Origin: an uncultured Hyphomicrobiales bacterium
Lineage (GTDB): Bacteria > Pseudomonadota > Alphaproteobacteria > Rhizobiales > Beijerinckiaceae
NCBI GenBank assembly: GCA_903932565.1
Contig: CAIZGQ010000073.1
Coordinates: forward strand, 699-64,698
Length of the DNA stretch: 64,000 nucleotides
Direction of reading: 5' to 3'
The notes below the pieces were generated by a model that saw only the letters and a list, made by a program, of their open reading frames with translations, made no database searches and was not told the DNA's origin. The position numbers and the translations under genes were made by a program. Every line of letters starts with the position of its first letter. The first letter of the stretch is position 1. Shown piece after piece: positions 63,744 through 64,000 of this stretch.

Positions 63744-64000
63744 ATGTTGGCGCTCATCACTGGCATACCCGGATTGATTGCCGCCCTATTTGGCTCGATC
63801 AATCACATCACCGATGCCATTGCGAATGAGAAAATAGTCGCCCTCAACGCCACTACTGAGCAAGGCAAGATAGCATCTAACGAGCGGGTTAGGGCGCTCG
63901 AGGCCAAGCGCGACCTGATGATTGCTGAAGCCGGGGCATCTCGGCTGAATATGTGGGTGCGCTCGCTTATAGCCCTTGGTCCCGCTTCCTTCCTCCTCAA
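63744..64000 (+). CDS. partial CDS, GTA-type 3TM-holin-like protein (5' part)
   Basis: MLALITGIPGLIAALFGSINHITDAIANEK... runs off the window. Confidence 0.4.
   Translation, partial: MLALITGIPGLIAALFGSINHITDAIANEKIVALNATTEQGKIASNERVRALEAKRDLMIAEAGASRLNMWVRSLIALGPASFLL

Noticed and set aside
1-64000. Search for CRISPR arrays, tRNA/rRNA genes, integrase/att sites, a CI-type repressor, a reverse transcriptase (retron/DGR) and toxin-antitoxin pairs.
   Set aside because: None was recognised by eye. Absence cannot be proven without tRNAscan or HMM searches. Whether the element is temperate or lytic therefore remains open.

Overview
The window reads as one densely packed, nearly complete tailed-phage or prophage genome segment of about 100 genes. 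No rRNA, tRNA, CRISPR array, integrase or CI-type repressor was recognised. The host is probably an alphaproteobacterium, based on a GcrA homologue, a GTA-type holin-like gene and a DUF1376 protein.

Layout:
- 1-3731 (+): end of a fibre-like gene, then two exported enzymes.
- 13199 down to 3992 (-): leftward early operon. It holds a Cro-like HTH, RusA, HNH-AP2 homing endonuclease, N6-adenine methyltransferase, DUF1376, T7 gp4-like primase-helicase, DUF932, an XRE HTH, a PAPS-reductase-like ATPase and many small ORFs.
- 13332 to the window end (+): rightward operon. It holds HNH, ERF recombinase plus YqaJ exonuclease, a DpdA-QueE-QueD 7-deazaguanine module, TerS/TerL, GcrA, portal, scaffold-like genes, major capsid protein, fibres, a GNAT, two giant internal proteins (935 and 1944 aa) and a GH19 endolysin with holin-like genes. 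There are no sheath, tube or tape-measure genes, so the architecture looks podovirus-like.

Most unusual features:
- An ~8-kb sugar island (30.8-39.0 kb) sits between the scaffold and capsid genes. It encodes GmhA, a domain-swapped HldE-like kinase/nucleotidyltransferase, a split TPP E1-like pair, a radical SAM enzyme, a methyltransferase and two glycosyltransferases.
- A short basic-GG motif recurs in six virion proteins.
- dpdA and the primase-helicase are each broken by a single-nucleotide frameshift.
- A 415-nt structured non-coding gap lies at 4605-5019.
- Several homing endonucleases are present, two of them decayed.

Functional calls rest on motifs read by eye. Coordinates of ORFs under 60 aa and of hairpins were hand-counted.
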